Of a stretch of 32,000 nt of DNA, positions 31,851-32,000 are shown in pieces. A program made the translations under genes and the position numbers. The DNA lies in assembly GCA_963675915.1 (NCBI GenBank), contig OY780959.1, positions 2,430,001 through 2,462,000 of the forward strand, given 5' to 3'. How positions within the stretch are numbered: the stretch's first letter is position 1; every line of letters starts with the position of its first letter. The notes under the pieces were generated by a model, which made no database searches, was not told the DNA's origin, and saw only the letters and a program-made list of their open reading frames with translations. Source of the stretch: Coprobacillaceae bacterium (GTDB lineage Bacteria; Bacillota_I; Bacilli_A; Erysipelotrichales; Coprobacillaceae).

Positions 31851-32000
31851 ATGATCAGCCCGAAACTAAGCGAAATTAAAAAACTGAATTTAGAAAATTA
31901 TGATTTGGTACCGATTAAAAAGGAGATGTTGAGTGATTTTACAACTCCAATCGAAGTTATGCGGATTTTAAAAACGGTTTCCAAGAACACTTTCCTGCTG
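31851..32000 (+). CDS. trpE: Anthranilate synthase component I, 3'-partial (runs off the window)
   Basis: AAGGAGA lies 6 nt upstream of the ATG at 31851. The N-terminus ...DLVPIKKEMLSDFTTPIEVMRILKTVSKNTFLL matches the TrpE N-terminal pattern (TPIxV...FLLES). Only 50 codons are visible. Confidence 0.6.
   Translation, partial: MISPKLSEIKKLNLENYDLVPIKKEMLSDFTTPIEVMRILKTVSKNTFLL

Noticed and set aside
1-32000. CRISPR arrays, rRNA genes, prophage or recognisable defence operons
   Set aside because: I saw no regularly spaced direct repeats, no rRNA-like sequence, and no nuclease, ATPase or methylase gene clusters. Every large ORF is accounted for by housekeeping or mobile-element functions.

Overview
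This is a roughly 40% GC chromosomal segment from a low-GC Gram-positive (Firmicutes-type) genome. Supporting signs are a lipoprotein lipobox, a T-box leader, intrinsic terminators and a group IIC intron. The backbone is housekeeping and peptide-scavenging genes. They comprise a partial membrane protein, a PspC-domain protein, a pepT / lipid-kinase operon (-), an RNase H1-type gene and a complete oppABCDF oligopeptide ABC operon. Further along are a small membrane protein, an orphan 332-aa protein, an AI-2E transporter, an AEC-family permease and tRNA-Arg(CCT). Then come an MBL-fold hydrolase, two SDR oxidoreductases, a DUF3737-like beta-helix protein coupled to a PatB/MalY C-S lyase, and a YczE-like membrane protein. 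The window ends with a Cof-type HAD phosphatase, panBCD (-), a C26 gamma-glutamyl hydrolase-type amidotransferase, an M18 aminopeptidase and a Trp T-box leader in front of a partial trpE. Three unrelated mobile elements sit in intergenic positions and none interrupts a CDS. (1) A 2.3-kb ISL3-like element carries an extra zinc-ribbon ORF and lies in the loop of the oppF terminator, with an 8-bp TSD. (2) A 1.7-kb IS6/IS26-like element encodes an unusually long zinc-finger transposase and lies 14 bp upstream of the AEC permease RBS, with an 8-bp TSD and 12-bp IRs. (3) An apparently intact group IIC intron sits directly behind an intrinsic terminator. The least explained stretch is a roughly 260-nt leader upstream of the DUF3737-patB pair. 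It contains a Cys-rich 22-codon upstream ORF and matched no riboswitch class I could recognise by eye. I saw no CRISPR array, rRNA or recognisable defence system.
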